In this document: in pieces, positions 1 through 11,345 of the stretch | Layout: each line of letters opens with the position of its first letter | Position numbering within the stretch: the stretch's first letter is position 1 | Source of the DNA: an uncultured Aquificales bacterium | GTDB taxonomy: Bacteria > Aquificota > Aquificia > Aquificales > Hydrogenothermaceae | Assembly: GCA_964582875.1 (NCBI GenBank) | Contig: CAZOTZ010000003.1 | Span: forward strand, 1-52,180 | DNA length: 52,180 bases | Direction of reading: 5' to 3' | Translations under genes and position numbers: made by a program | The notes under the pieces: model-generated | Databases searched by the model: none | What the model was told of the DNA's origin: nothing | What the model saw: only the letters and a program-made list of their open reading frames with translations

Positions 1-824
1 TTAGGTTTTAGTCCTATTGCAAGACCAATAAGCTGAGGCAGGTGAAGTATAGGCATACCTATGTGTGTTCCTATTCTCTCCTCGGCTTCTTCCTGCATAG
101 CATCAAGCTGTGTATGGCATAAAGGACATGGTGTTACCATGAAGTCAGCTTTGGCTTCTTTAGCTGATTCTGTATCTGCAGCTGTTAATTTGAGGGTTAC
201 TTTATCTTCTGCAGACCAGAAAGAATGAAAGCCACAGCAGGCAAGTCTTGCTTCATGGTCTGTTGGATTTCCTCCTAAAGCTTCTATTATCATTTCTATA
301 GATTTTGGATTGTCTGGGTCCTCATATCCAATAAGGTATGGAGGTCTTATTATATGACATCCGTAAAATGGTGCTATGTTGAACTCTCTTAAAGGTCTTA
401 TAACCATACTTTTAAGTTTATCAAGTCCTACACCATCTATAACTTCCCATAAGAAATGGGTAACTTCTATAGTCCCTTTATACTCAAGCCCTGCTTCAGC
501 TAAGACTTCGTTAACAGCTGCTTTTAGTTCAGGGTCATTGTCAAGTTTGAATTTAGTTTCCCTAAGCATTACAGTACATGTATTGCATATAGTCAGCATA
601 TCAAGACCAAGTTCTTCAGCAAGCGCTAAGTTTCTTGCATTTATAGTTAAAGCAAGGAACTCATCTTTTTCCTGGACAGCACCAGCACCACAACAGGATG
701 CAGCATCAAGCTCTATAAGTTCCATACCAAGTTTTTCAGCTACAAGTTTTGTTGATTCGTAAAGTTCTGGAGCTACTCCTTTCGCTGAACATCCTGTATA
801 AAAAGCATATTTTAAGTCAGCCAT
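1..824 (-). CDS. CCG-domain Fe-S subunit (HdrB/SdhE/GlpC-like) of a non-classical succinate dehydrogenase/fumarate reductase. Its 3' end runs off the window.
   Basis: My reverse translation from the ATG at 824..822 gives MADLKYAFYTGCSAKGVAPELYESTKLVAEKLGMELIELDAASCCGAGAVQEKDEF... It contains two CCG motifs (SCCGAG, ACCGFH) and CPLCH. The ATG shares nt 824 with the TAA of the upstream sdhB-like gene. The frame stays open to position 1. Confidence 0.75.
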   Translation of the reverse strand, partial: MADLKYAFYTGCSAKGVAPELYESTKLVAEKLGMELIELDAASCCGAGAVQEKDEFLALTINARNLALAEELGLDMLTICNTCTVMLRETKFKLDNDPELKAAVNEVLAEAGLEYKGTIEVTHFLWEVIDGVGLDKLKSMVIRPLREFNIAPFYGCHIIRPPYLIGYEDPDNPKSIEMIIEALGGNPTDHEARLACCGFHSFWSAEDKVTLKLTAADTESAKEAKADFMVTPCPLCHTQLDAMQEEAEERIGTHIGMPILHLPQLIGLAIGLKP

Positions 825-1888
825 TATTGGTTACCTCCAGTTTCTGCATAGTTTAATCTTTTTCTTGTTTTCCTTTTGTCTTCGTATATAACTCCCATTA
901 TTTGTGGAAGTTTTATGTGTATCTGCTTTTTCTTTTCCTGGGCTTTTTCGTATATCTTTTTCACTTCTTCAAGTCTTCTTATTTTATGTCCACCAAAGAA
1001 ATCTGCGTAGTTAACTTTACCTTTTACCATCATTTTTATTCCAAATGGAGCCCTCTTTATAGCTCCAAGAATACCTTCCTGTCTCATAGGAAGGAGCATT
1101 TCATTTAGAAGACCTCTGTTTAAAATATCCTGTTCAAATATTTCAGCGTGGATTTCTCCTGGTGTTTTGTATCCTTCCTCAGCTGCCATTATTCTGAGTC
1201 TTATAATATTTTCATAAGGTTGAACTTCTTTAGGACATCTTGTTGTACATTCAAAACATCTAACACACCACTCAAGATTTACATCTTCTAAAACTGCCTG
1301 GAGTCTTTCTTGTTTAGCTCCATCCCTTGAGTCTGCTGCAAATCTATAGGCTTTTGAATGAACCATTGGACCTAAAAACTCTTTGTTTACTTTTAATGCA
1401 TTACAATCAGACATACAGGATGCACATAAAATACAATCTGAGGCGAAGTCTATTTTGTTGTGGTCTTCTGGAGACTGTCTGTACTCTTTACCATCTTTAG
1501 GTGGAGCTTCTTTTGGTATAAACCATGGTTTTACTTTTTTGAGTTTATCTATGAGCCAGTCCATGTCGTATATAAGGTCTTTTAAAGGTCTTACGTTTCC
1601 TATAGGCTCAACAACAACAGTATCTGTATCATATTTCTGTAAAAGATGTGTTATCTGAACTTTACATGCTAAAGTTGCATGTCCGTTAATTCTCATTGCA
1701 CATGAACCACATATAGCAGCCCTACAGTTATACCTGAAAGATATAGATGGGTCCTGTTCTTCTTTGGCTTTAAAAAGTGCAGCTAAGACAGTCATTCCTT
1801 TTTCAACAGGGAGTTCATAGGTTTTGTAATAAGGCTGGGTATCTTTTGTAGGGTCATATCTGAAAACCTTTAACTTAAAAGTTTCCAT
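824..1888 (-). CDS. sdhB: Succinate dehydrogenase/fumarate reductase iron-sulfur subunit (SdhB/FrdB), 354 aa, with a basic C-terminal extension
   Basis: The N-terminus FRYDPTKD...SFRYNCRAAICGSCAMRINGHATLAC is the classic 2Fe-2S SdhB signature. It is followed by CILCASCMSDC and CVRCFECTTRCP ferredoxin-type clusters. GAGG lies upstream of the ATG. Confidence 0.9.
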   Translation of the reverse strand: METFKLKVFRYDPTKDTQPYYKTYELPVEKGMTVLAALFKAKEEQDPSISFRYNCRAAICGSCAMRINGHATLACKVQITHLLQKYDTDTVVVEPIGNVRPLKDLIYDMDWLIDKLKKVKPWFIPKEAPPKDGKEYRQSPEDHNKIDFASDCILCASCMSDCNALKVNKEFLGPMVHSKAYRFAADSRDGAKQERLQAVLEDVNLEWCVRCFECTTRCPKEVQPYENIIRLRIMAAEEGYKTPGEIHAEIFEQDILNRGLLNEMLLPMRQEGILGAIKRAPFGIKMMVKGKVNYADFFGGHKIRRLEEVKKIYEKAQEKKKQIHIKLPQIMGVIYEDKRKTRKRLNYAETGGNQ

Positions 1889-2073
1889 TATTCCTCACCT
1901 CAATAGAAGTTTCCGGTATCGTATTGAGCCTTATTTTAAAACTTCTTGAGAGAAAAATCAAAAAAGTTTAGTGATTTTTATATTTAGATATATTTTTATA
2001 TTTGAAAAATGTAAGGGGATTCTTTTTGAATTGATTACTAACAAAGGCTATAGGTGAGGAGTGGTAAGACTTT

Positions 2074-2106
2074 GTATAAAAAAAAGGGCTGTAAAGCCCT
2101 TTTTTA
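2074..2106 (-). terminator. Intrinsic terminator hairpin downstream of the beta-helix protein gene
   Basis: GGGCT-GTAA-AGCCC (2087..2100) is flanked by an A-run and a T-run, so a U-tract follows the hairpin on the minus strand. Confidence 0.6.
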
Positions 2107-3993
2107 TTTTTTATCTAATTTTGCTAAAGCCTGGGTTCCATCATAGTATGTTATTAAACATCTAACATTCTGTATATCAGATTTATATACAGTAATCATA
2201 CTTCTCTTTGTCTTTTTATCTATATAACCATCTCCATCTAAGTCCCATGAGTAAGAAACTATAGGTTTTTTAGGTTTTAAATCTACACAAACAAGGGCTA
2301 TTTTTTCAGGTGTTTGAACAGCATAACCTTCTGTGTATACTGGAGCATTTTCTTTTCTTTCATTTTTATCTGGATTTTCAATGATAATAATTTTTTTATC
2401 GTTTGTGCTGTCATTTCCTGAGAATTCATCAGCTCCAATATCTACACTCTCTCCTATTATCCTATCGTCTCCATCTATATCTTCTTTTATTTTTGAAAAC
2501 TCAGAGTTTTCTAACACTATTCCAGCGTCAATGCATGGTGAATCAGAAGACAGGTGAAAGTTTCCTGTGTAAGGATTTAAGAAATCTGGGTCATTGTCTA
2601 TATTACCAGACAGTTCTAATAAATCGTTGTTTTTAGCAGATAAGAATGTATAATCATTATTCAAAATAGAAACCGTACCTTCGTTGTTTAGATAAATATC
2701 ATGTCCTGGATTTTCCTTTTTGAAAGAGTAGTTTCTCCAGATAATATTATTCCCAAGAGTTACTTTTGAATCATTGTCAGATTTTAAATAGATACCTCCT
2801 CCGTAGTTGCTTGCAGAGTTTAGATAAAATGTGTTATTTGCTAAAAGGATTTCTGATTTTTCAAGATTTACAACTGCTCCACCACCATTTTTACTTTCAT
2901 AATTTGAGTAATTACTTGCCATATTTTGTTGGGTAATGTTATTTCCTACTAAAAGCTTGCTGTTTATACTGTCAACATAAAATCCAGCTCCACTGTTTGA
3001 TATATTATATTCAAATCTATTATTAACTATATCAACTTTACCATTTTTAATTTTGTAGTAAAGACCTCCTCCTACTTCATTTCTAATGTAGTTATATATA
3101 AATCTGTTCTTATAGAAATACGAATAGCCGTCTTCACTTTCTATATAAGCTCCTCCTCCAGCTGTATTTCCTACATTGGCGAAGAAGTAGTTATTTATCA
3201 TATATATATTTGTACCTTTAGAATAAATACTTAAAGCTCCACCATTTTCCCCTGATAAACTGTACAACTTATTTCCTAATAGTGTATTGTTTAGAAAGAA
3301 TACCACTCCATTCTTAACGTCTAAATAAACTGCCCCTGCTTTTTTTGCTTTTCCAGATATAAATTTATTTCTGTCTATTACTATTCTATTTCCTTCACCT
3401 TTTAAATAAATTGAGGATGCTGAATTATCTGAAGCATTTTTTACAAATACATTACCTATGAACTCTACAAAAGAAGAGTTTGTATTTATATTAAATGCTC
3501 CTCCAGAATTTTTTGTATTTGTTCTTATGAATCTACAGTTATCAACTTTTAAATGAAGGTTATTTCCTTTAACTATAAAGTAACTTTTTCTTTTATCATT
3601 GTTTCTGTAAAAGTCTTCAAAAATAATATTGCTAATATTAATATTGATTTTTTTAAGTTTCTTATACTTTGAGAAATCAAAAATAAAAGCAGATTCAGAC
3701 ATTTTTCTGTCAATATATACTCTACCATTGGTATTTGAAGCAGGTTTGATGGTTATTGAGTAAGTTTCATTATTATCAGGGGCATATATAACTGGGTCTG
3801 TAAGTTCAATATTATTGGCGTTTATATATATAACATCATCTTCACCATTTGTAGCAGCTTCCTGTACAGCCTTTTTTAGAGTTGCATCTGAGTCCACATA
3901 AAAATCTTTAGCAAATGCACTTAACTGGGAAATGAACAAAGATGAAAACAAAGCTGAAATCAAGATTTTTTTTGGTTTCAGGGAAGGTTCCAT
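2104..3993 (-). CDS. Secreted right-handed parallel beta-helix repeat protein with Pmp-like GGA/FxxN motifs and a C-terminal PKD-like domain
   Basis: Signal peptide KKILISALFSSLFISQLSAFA. GG[AG]-x-Y/F and FxxN-type motifs recur about every 22-25 aa (SGGAFNIN, NGGALSIY, AGGGAYIE, VGGGLYY, NGGGAVVN, YGGGIYL). Also present are CIDAG...DIDGDDR...DIGADEF and a C-terminal YSWDLDGDGYID (PKD-like WDxGDG). Strong RBS AAGGAGGGAG. Confidence 0.85.
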   Translation of the reverse strand: MEPSLKPKKILISALFSSLFISQLSAFAKDFYVDSDATLKKAVQEAATNGEDDVIYINANNIELTDPVIYAPDNNETYSITIKPASNTNGRVYIDRKMSESAFIFDFSKYKKLKKININISNIIFEDFYRNNDKRKSYFIVKGNNLHLKVDNCRFIRTNTKNSGGAFNINTNSSFVEFIGNVFVKNASDNSASSIYLKGEGNRIVIDRNKFISGKAKKAGAVYLDVKNGVVFFLNNTLLGNKLYSLSGENGGALSIYSKGTNIYMINNYFFANVGNTAGGGAYIESEDGYSYFYKNRFIYNYIRNEVGGGLYYKIKNGKVDIVNNRFEYNISNSGAGFYVDSINSKLLVGNNITQQNMASNYSNYESKNGGGAVVNLEKSEILLANNTFYLNSASNYGGGIYLKSDNDSKVTLGNNIIWRNYSFKKENPGHDIYLNNEGTVSILNNDYTFLSAKNNDLLELSGNIDNDPDFLNPYTGNFHLSSDSPCIDAGIVLENSEFSKIKEDIDGDDRIIGESVDIGADEFSGNDSTNDKKIIIIENPDKNERKENAPVYTEGYAVQTPEKIALVCVDLKPKKPIVSYSWDLDGDGYIDKKTKRSMITVYKSDIQNVRCLITYYDGTQALAKLDKK

Positions 3994-4087
3994 TTTCTCC
4001 CTCCTTTCTCTTTATTACAAATCTATTAATCATCTTATCATCAGTTAAATAAAATATAACTATCAGATTATTAATATAGCTATAAAC

Positions 4088-4120
4088 AAAAAAAAAGCAA
4101 GCGCATTTGCGCTTGCTTTT
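4088..4120 (-). terminator. Intrinsic terminator after atpD
   Basis: GCAAGCGC-ATTT-GCGCTTGC (4097..4116) is preceded on the + strand by A9, which is a U-tract on the minus strand. It lies 33 nt downstream of the atpD stop. Confidence 0.8.
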
Positions 4121-4152
4121 CGTTGAAATATAAAGATTTTAATAAATAAAGC

Positions 4153-5586
<1,434 letters not shown>

Positions 5587-5607
5587 TTATATCCTCCTAA
5601 TTTCTTT

Positions 5608-6483
5608 TTACTGAATTGCATTTGCAGCGTTAATAATATCTATAAGTTCAGTTGTTATTGCTTCCTGTCTTGCCTTGTTAAATATAACCGTCCATTTTCT
5701 TATTGCTTCACCTGCGTTTCTTGTTGCGTTGTCCATTGCAAGCATTCTTGCTGCATGCTCAGCTGTAGAAGATTCCACAAGAGCCCTGTACAGCTGGAAG
5801 TTTATGTATCTTTTTAAAAGCTCTTCTAATACTTCTTCTGCAGAAGGTTCTATGTTGTACCTTGAAAGTTCCGAAAACCTTGTATAGTCAAGTTCTGGTT
5901 CTATAGGAAATAGCTTTCTTACTTTTGTTTCATAGGTAGCTGTTGTTAGAAGTTCATTGTTAATTATATAAACTGCATCGCTTTTTTCAGTTTCGTACCT
6001 TTCTGTTATGATAGCTCCAACTTTTGATGTAAAAGTGAGGTTCATATGGTCTCTGTATATGTCCTCATAAGCTTCTATTATGTTGAAGCCTTTGTTTTTG
6101 AAAAACTGAACTGCTTTTCTCCCTATTAAGAGTAGATTTACTTCTTTTCCTTCTTCCTGAAACTTTTTAACGTCGTTTAATGTTTTCTTTATTACGTAAG
6201 AGTTAAATGCTCCTGCAAGTCCTCTATCAGCTGTAATAACTATGTAATCAACTTTTTTTTCTTCCCTTATCTGAAGTAGAGGATGTATATCTCTGTCAAC
6301 AAAGGCAGCAACGTCAGAGATAAGGTCATAAAGCCTTTCTGAATAAGGGCGGGTAGCATTCAGCATCGCCCTTGCCTTATTCAGTTTAGCGGCAGAAACC
6401 GCCTTCATCGCTTTGGTTATACGTTGTGTATTTTTAATACCCTGTATTTTTCTTTTTATATCCCTTGGTGAGAGTTTTGCCAT
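5608..6483 (-). CDS. atpG: F1 ATP synthase gamma subunit
   Basis: N-terminal IKRKIQGIKNTQRITKAMKAVSAAKL and C-terminal ITTELIDIINAANA are typical gamma termini. The gene sits between atpA and atpD. Confidence 0.95.
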   Translation of the reverse strand: MAKLSPRDIKRKIQGIKNTQRITKAMKAVSAAKLNKARAMLNATRPYSERLYDLISDVAAFVDRDIHPLLQIREEKKVDYIVITADRGLAGAFNSYVIKKTLNDVKKFQEEGKEVNLLLIGRKAVQFFKNKGFNIIEAYEDIYRDHMNLTFTSKVGAIITERYETEKSDAVYIINNELLTTATYETKVRKLFPIEPELDYTRFSELSRYNIEPSAEEVLEELLKRYINFQLYRALVESSTAEHAARMLAMDNATRNAGEAIRKWTVIFNKARQEAITTELIDIINAANAIQ

Positions 6484-6497
6484 TCTTCTTTACCTCA

Positions 6498-8012
6498 CTA
6501 AAAGGCAACTTTCTTTTTGAATTCTTCTATAGCTTCCTTGAGTTTTGTTTCAATCTCATCAGTTAATTTTTTCTCTGTTCTAATCATTTCTAAAACTTCA
6601 GGTTTTTCTGTATCAAGGAATGTGTAAAACTCCTGCTCAAATTTCTGTATTGCACTTACAGGAACATCATCAAGGTACCCTTTTGTTCCTGCGTATATAA
6701 TTGCTATTTGCTTTTCAACAGGAACAGGTTTGTTTGGTGGTTGTTTTAATATCTCTACAAGTCTCTGTCCCCTTGCAATCTGTTGTTGTGTTGCTTTGTC
6801 AAGTTCTGATGCAAATTGCACAAATGCTTCAAGTTCTCTGAACTGGGCAAGCTCAAGTCTGAGGGTTCCTGCTACCTGTTTCATTGCTTTTATTTGAGCA
6901 GCACCACCAACCCTTGAAACAGAAAGACCAACGTTAATAGCAGGTCTTACACCTTTGTGGAAAAGGTCTGTTTCAAGGAATATCTGTCCATCAGTGATAG
7001 ATATAACGTTTGTTGGTATGTATGCAGCAACGTCCCCAGCCTGGGTTTCAATTATAGGTAGTGCTGTTAATGAACCTGCTCCAAGTTCATCGTTCAGTTT
7101 CGCTGCCCTTTCTAATAGTCTTGAGTGAAGATAGAAAACATCCCCTGGGTAAGCTTCCCTACCAGGTGGCCTTCTAAGTAGAAGTGAAAGCTGTCTATAT
7201 GCATAAGCGTGTTTTGTAAGGTCGTCGTATATGATGAGGGCATGCATTCCATTATCTCTAAAATATTCAGCAATTGTACATCCTACAAATGGAGCTATAT
7301 ACTGCATTGTTGCAGGGTCAGATGCTGTAGCAGCAACAACTGTTGTATATTCCATAGCTCCATGTTTTTGTAGGGTTTCAACAATCTGTCTAACAACAGC
7401 CCTTTTTTGACCTATTGCAACGTAAACACAGTAGACATCCTGTCCTTTTTGGTTAAGGATTGTATCTATTGCAATTGTTGTTTTCCCTGTTGCCCTATCA
7501 CCAATAATTAACTCCCTTTGTCCTCTTCCTATAGGTATCATTGCGTCAATAGCTTTGATACCTGTTTGGAGAGGTTCATGAACAGATTTTCTTGTTACAA
7601 CACCAGGAGCGATTTTTTCAACTGGTGAGTAGTATGCTATGTTTTCTATAGGACCTTTTCCATCTATAGGTTTACCTGTTCCATCTACAACTCTACCAAC
7701 AAGTCCCATTCCAACAGGAACTTCAAGAATTTTTCCTGTTCTTTTTACTATTGTTCCTTCTTCTATCCCAGTTTCATCCCCAAGGAGAATAATACCTACG
7801 TTGTCTTCTTCAAGGTTAAATGCAACTCCAAGTTTTCCTCCTTCAAACTCAACCATCTCACCGTACATAGCTTTTTCAAGACCAAATGCCCTTGCAACAC
7901 CATCACCAACCTGAAGAACCATACCAACTTCTTCAAGGTTAGCTTTAGCTTCAAACTCTTCTAACTGCTTTTTTAGGCTTTCTGCTATTTCTTCAGCTCT
8001 TATTACAGACAT
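6498..8012 (-). CDS. atpA: F1 ATP synthase alpha subunit
   Basis: GDRATGKT Walker [44 protein letters not shown]; 504 aa. Confidence 0.98.
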   Translation of the reverse strand: MSVIRAEEIAESLKKQLEEFEAKANLEEVGMVLQVGDGVARAFGLEKAMYGEMVEFEGGKLGVAFNLEEDNVGIILLGDETGIEEGTIVKRTGKILEVPVGMGLVGRVVDGTGKPIDGKGPIENIAYYSPVEKIAPGVVTRKSVHEPLQTGIKAIDAMIPIGRGQRELIIGDRATGKTTIAIDTILNQKGQDVYCVYVAIGQKRAVVRQIVETLQKHGAMEYTTVVAATASDPATMQYIAPFVGCTIAEYFRDNGMHALIIYDDLTKHAYAYRQLSLLLRRPPGREAYPGDVFYLHSRLLERAAKLNDELGAGSLTALPIIETQAGDVAAYIPTNVISITDGQIFLETDLFHKGVRPAINVGLSVSRVGGAAQIKAMKQVAGTLRLELAQFRELEAFVQFASELDKATQQQIARGQRLVEILKQPPNKPVPVEKQIAIIYAGTKGYLDDVPVSAIQKFEQEFYTFLDTEKPEVLEMIRTEKKLTDEIETKLKEAIEEFKKKVAF

Positions 8013-8044
8013 CTAAAACCTCCTTTTTATCTTTTAAATCTTTT

Positions 8045-8593
8045 TTAAAATCCTGATAACTGTTGTTCAAGTTTTTGAAGATAAGTTTTTATAGATGAGT
8101 CAAGAACATAGCTACCTGCTTTAACTATTATCCCTCCAATTATTGAAGGGTCCTGTTTGGTTTCAAACTCAACCTTTTTGCCTAATCTGGATTCTACTTT
8201 TTCTTTTATCTGATTTACTGTTTCTTCATCTACTGGGAATGCTGTTATGATTTCTCCTTTAACTGTGGCAAAGAACTTTTCTATTTCAAATCTAAACTCA
8301 TCTGCTATGTATTTGAGAGTATTACCTTTATTGGATTTAACTACGTATTCTATAGCTTCTTTAACAGCTTCGTTTAAATTTGCTTCTTTTGATAGATTTT
8401 CTATAACTTTTTTCTTGTCTTCAAAAGATATAGCAGGGTTTAATATAAAGTTTCTGAAGTCTTTGTTTTTTCTAAATAAGGTCTGTACTAAATTTAAATC
8501 ATCGGAAACTTTTATTAAGACTTCTTCTTCTTTTGGAAGTTTATTAAGTAAAACTTTTACAACCCTTTTCAGTGTTTTTTTATCTACCTTCAA
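8045..8593 (-). CDS. atpH: F1 ATP synthase delta (OSCP) subunit
   Basis: 182 aa, positioned between atpF and atpA. The C-terminal IIGGIIVKAGSYVLDSSIKTYLQKL is an OSCP-type motif. Confidence 0.85.
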   Translation of the reverse strand: MKVDKKTLKRVVKVLLNKLPKEEEVLIKVSDDLNLVQTLFRKNKDFRNFILNPAISFEDKKKVIENLSKEANLNEAVKEAIEYVVKSNKGNTLKYIADEFRFEIEKFFATVKGEIITAFPVDEETVNQIKEKVESRLGKKVEFETKQDPSIIGGIIVKAGSYVLDSSIKTYLQKLEQQLSGF

Positions 8594-8605
8594 CTTAAGC
8601 CTCCA

Positions 8606-9139
8606 TTAGCTTAGTGCTTTTAATGTTTTTTTGATTAGTTCTTTTTCTACTTCTGGGTCTACTTTTTCTTTTATCATTTTTTCTGATATTTCAAGGGCTT
8701 TTTTGACTGCATATCTTCTAAGTTCGTTTTCTCCTCTTCTTATTTCTACTTCTACAGTTTCTTTAGCCTGTTCTTTTATCCTTTCAGCCATTTCTCTCGC
8801 TTCTTTTAACGCTACTTCCCTTTCTTTTTTTGCTGTTTCTTCTGCTATTTTTAAACTTTCCTTGAACTTGTTATTTGCATCTTCAAGTTTTGCCTGTGCT
8901 TCTTGGAGTGCTTTCTGGCTTTCCTGTTGGGCTTTTTGAGCCTCTTCTACCATCTCTTTGATACTGTTTCTTCTACCTTCAAAAAATGGAACACCCCATT
9001 TCTTGATAATCCAGATTAGAGCTACAAGTAGTATTAGAGTGTTCACTGTTTTCCAGAAAAGTTCACTTGAATGCTCCCCTCCTTCTGAAGCAAATACAAA
9101 TGGAGCTATCATTAAAACAGCAGTTAAGACCTTTTTCAT
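8606..9139 (-). CDS. atpF: Fo ATP synthase subunit b
   Basis: One N-terminal TM helix followed by a long charged Ala/Glu/Lys helix. It overlaps the b-prime gene by 4 nt. Confidence 0.85.
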   Translation of the reverse strand: MKKVLTAVLMIAPFVFASEGGEHSSELFWKTVNTLILLVALIWIIKKWGVPFFEGRRNSIKEMVEEAQKAQQESQKALQEAQAKLEDANNKFKESLKIAEETAKKEREVALKEAREMAERIKEQAKETVEVEIRRGENELRRYAVKKALEISEKMIKEKVDPEVEKELIKKTLKALS

Positions 9140-9585
9140 GCTGCCTTCTCCTTAAGAAGTAGTTTGTTAACGATTTCCTCTGCCATGTTTTCTATAATCT
9201 TATCCATTGTTTTCTTTTCTATCTCTACAACTTTTTCAACTTCTTTTTTAGCGTCTTCAACAAGTTCTTCAGCTTCTTTCTGGGCTTTTTTCAGTATGTC
9301 TGCCACCATTTCGTTAGTTTCGTGGTGGTACTGGTCTATGATTTTTTGAGCTTCAGCTTTTGTTTTTGCGAGGATTTCATCTACCTGAGCGAGTATCTCT
9401 TCTGCTTTTTTTCTGTTCTCCTCTGCTTCTGCAAGAAGTTTTTCTACTGTTTTTTCCCTTTCATCAAACGCTTCCAGGTAAGGGTCAAAGTAGATTTTTT
9501 TCATTATTGCTGTAAAGATTAAGAAAATAATTACTTGAACAAAAAGGGTTATATCTGGGATAACGCCAATGTGTAGTCCTTCCAC
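9136..9585 (-). CDS. atpF2: Fo ATP synthase subunit b-prime (second b-type subunit)
   Basis: Same architecture as b: TM helix ITLFVQVIIFLIFTAIM plus a charged helix. It is the first gene of this atp cluster. Confidence 0.8.
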   Translation of the reverse strand: MEGLHIGVIPDITLFVQVIIFLIFTAIMKKIYFDPYLEAFDEREKTVEKLLAEAEENRKKAEEILAQVDEILAKTKAEAQKIIDQYHHETNEMVADILKKAQKEAEELVEDAKKEVEKVVEIEKKTMDKIIENMAEEIVNKLLLKEKAA

Positions 9586-9657
9586 AGCAACCTCCTTATA
9601 ATATTAATCTTAATTATCTTATCATAAGATATTGATTTAGTTCAAAGTCTATGAGGA

Positions 9658-10398
9658 CTACAGGATAGGGTCTGTTTTCATAATTTTTCTTATTTCTTCT
9701 TCTATCACCTTTACAGCCTCTTCAAAGATAAGTTTTCCGTATTTTTGGGTTGCTAACCATGGTGATGAGGACATCCTTCCATCTGGATAAGCTTTTTTAA
9801 ACTCTTCTTTGTTTAAAGGCCAGTATGTATTTATTTTTTCGTTTTCTTTTTTGTTAGAAGGTTTTGTTTTAAAAGCTTCTGGTCTGAAATATTTTGTGAT
9901 AGATACTTCACTTGGTGTAGCATGAAAACCGTTTTCTTCTCCAAAAAGTGTTTTTTCTACTTCCTGAACTTCAGGCAGTAAAAACCATGAAATTATCCTA
10001 AAAATTCCTGGTTTTCCTTCATACTTGAGCTGTTCAAAGGCTGTATTTACAGGATTTATATTTCCACCATGTCCGTTTATAAAAACTATCTTTTTAAACC
10101 CATGGGATAGCAAAGAGTTAACTATATCTTTTATAAAACTTATAAATGTTTCTGGTGAAAGGGTTATTGTTCCTGGAAAAGCCATATGATGCTGGGACAT
10201 ACCATAAGGAATAGTAGGGGCAACAAGTATGTCCATTCTTTTACCGATTTCTTTTGCTATTTCTTCAGCTGTTATAAAATCGGTTCCTATCAAACCGTAT
10301 GGGCTGTGTTGCTCCACAGAACCAACAGGTATAAGGATTATATCCTTTTCTGACAAATAACCTTCTACTTCTACATAGGAAAGGTTTTCAAGAAGCAT
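9658..10398 (-). CDS. Creatininase-family amidohydrolase
   Basis: IILIPVGSVEQHSPYGLIGTD, PYGMSQHHMAFPGTITL and FINGHGGN are metal-ligand motifs of the creatinine amidohydrolase/ArfB family. Confidence 0.8.
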   Translation of the reverse strand: MLLENLSYVEVEGYLSEKDIILIPVGSVEQHSPYGLIGTDFITAEEIAKEIGKRMDILVAPTIPYGMSQHHMAFPGTITLSPETFISFIKDIVNSLLSHGFKKIVFINGHGGNINPVNTAFEQLKYEGKPGIFRIISWFLLPEVQEVEKTLFGEENGFHATPSEVSITKYFRPEAFKTKPSNKKENEKINTYWPLNKEEFKKAYPDGRMSSSPWLATQKYGKLIFEEAVKVIEEEIRKIMKTDPIL

Positions 10399-10402
10399 AA
10401 TC

Positions 10403-11335
10403 TTATGCTCCTACTGGTTTTTCTTTTTTTGTTTGACTTCTTTTTCTTAAAAAGTTTTCTAAATCAACAACTATAGGAGATGCTACGTATATAGATGAGT
10501 AGGTTCCAAAAATTATACCTATCAGTAATGCAAGGGAGAAGTTTTTAAGGGATTCTCCTCCAAAAAGATACAAAGCAAGCACTGAAAAAAGTGTTGTTCC
10601 AGATGTTATCAATGTTCTTGCGAGGTTCTCATTTATGCTTGTATTAACAAGCTGTAGTAAATTTTTCTTTCCTCTTATTTTTATGTTTTCCCTTATTCTG
10701 TCAAATATTATGATTGTATCGTTTAAAGAATATCCAAGTACAGTAAGGATAGCTGCTATAACTGAAAGGTCTACTTCTATACCAAACAATGAGAAAACGC
10801 CCATTGTTATAATTGCGTCGTGGAAAAGAGGAACTACTGCTCCTATGGCAAATATAGGCTCAAACCTATACCCAACATAAATAAGTATTGCTATCAGTAC
10901 TGCTACTATAGAGTAAACGCTTGCTTTTCTTAGCTCTTCACCAACAACAGAACCTATGTAATCTATTCTTCTTATTTCGTAATTATTCCCAAATTTCTCT
11001 GTTAAAGCTTTTTTGACTTTTTTAACCACTACCGTTGAAGAGCCTTTTTTTAGGGAAACTCTTATCTCGTACTCGTTTCCTTCTGTACCTACAGCCTGTA
11101 TCATAGAGTCTTCAAGATGGACGATTTTTAAAGCAGACCTTATTTCTCCAGGATTTACTTTCTGTTTAAACTTAACCTGTATAGCAGTACCACCTGTGAA
11201 ATCTAATCCAAGGTTGAAACCTTTTATAAAAATAACAGCTATACTTAATATCACTAAAGCAAGAGAGGTCCCATATCCTATTTTTTTTAGCTTTAAAAAG
11301 TCTATATTTGGTGGCTCACTTAAAAAATTTCTCAT
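10403..11335 (-). CDS. secF: Protein translocase subunit SecF
   Basis: LGLDFTGGT motif and six TM segments; LNDTIIIFDRIREN. The gene lies directly downstream of secD. Confidence 0.93.
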   Translation of the reverse strand: MRNFLSEPPNIDFLKLKKIGYGTSLALVILSIAVIFIKGFNLGLDFTGGTAIQVKFKQKVNPGEIRSALKIVHLEDSMIQAVGTEGNEYEIRVSLKKGSSTVVVKKVKKALTEKFGNNYEIRRIDYIGSVVGEELRKASVYSIVAVLIAILIYVGYRFEPIFAIGAVVPLFHDAIITMGVFSLFGIEVDLSVIAAILTVLGYSLNDTIIIFDRIRENIKIRGKKNLLQLVNTSINENLARTLITSGTTLFSVLALYLFGGESLKNFSLALLIGIIFGTYSSIYVASPIVVDLENFLRKRSQTKKEKPVGA

Positions 11336-11345
11336 CTAATCCCCT

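Noticed and set aside
376-762. 128-aa + strand ORF rich in Ser/Leu/Thr
   Set aside because: It lies entirely antisense to the well-supported CCG-domain gene (minus strand). It has low-complexity composition, no RBS and no recognisable motif. This is a typical shadow ORF.
8247-9522. Several 60-120-aa + strand ORFs across atpH/atpF/atpF2
   Set aside because: All are antisense to atp genes and are low-complexity Ser/Phe/Leu products. The same reasoning applies to 5054..5353, 5675..5887 and 7639..7914.
9615-9631. 17-bp perfect palindrome TATCTTAT-C-ATAAGATA between the creatininase-family gene and the atp cluster
   Set aside because: It is almost pure A/T in an AT-rich spacer. As a hairpin it would be very weak, and as an operator there is no supporting context. 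Chance occurrence is plausible.
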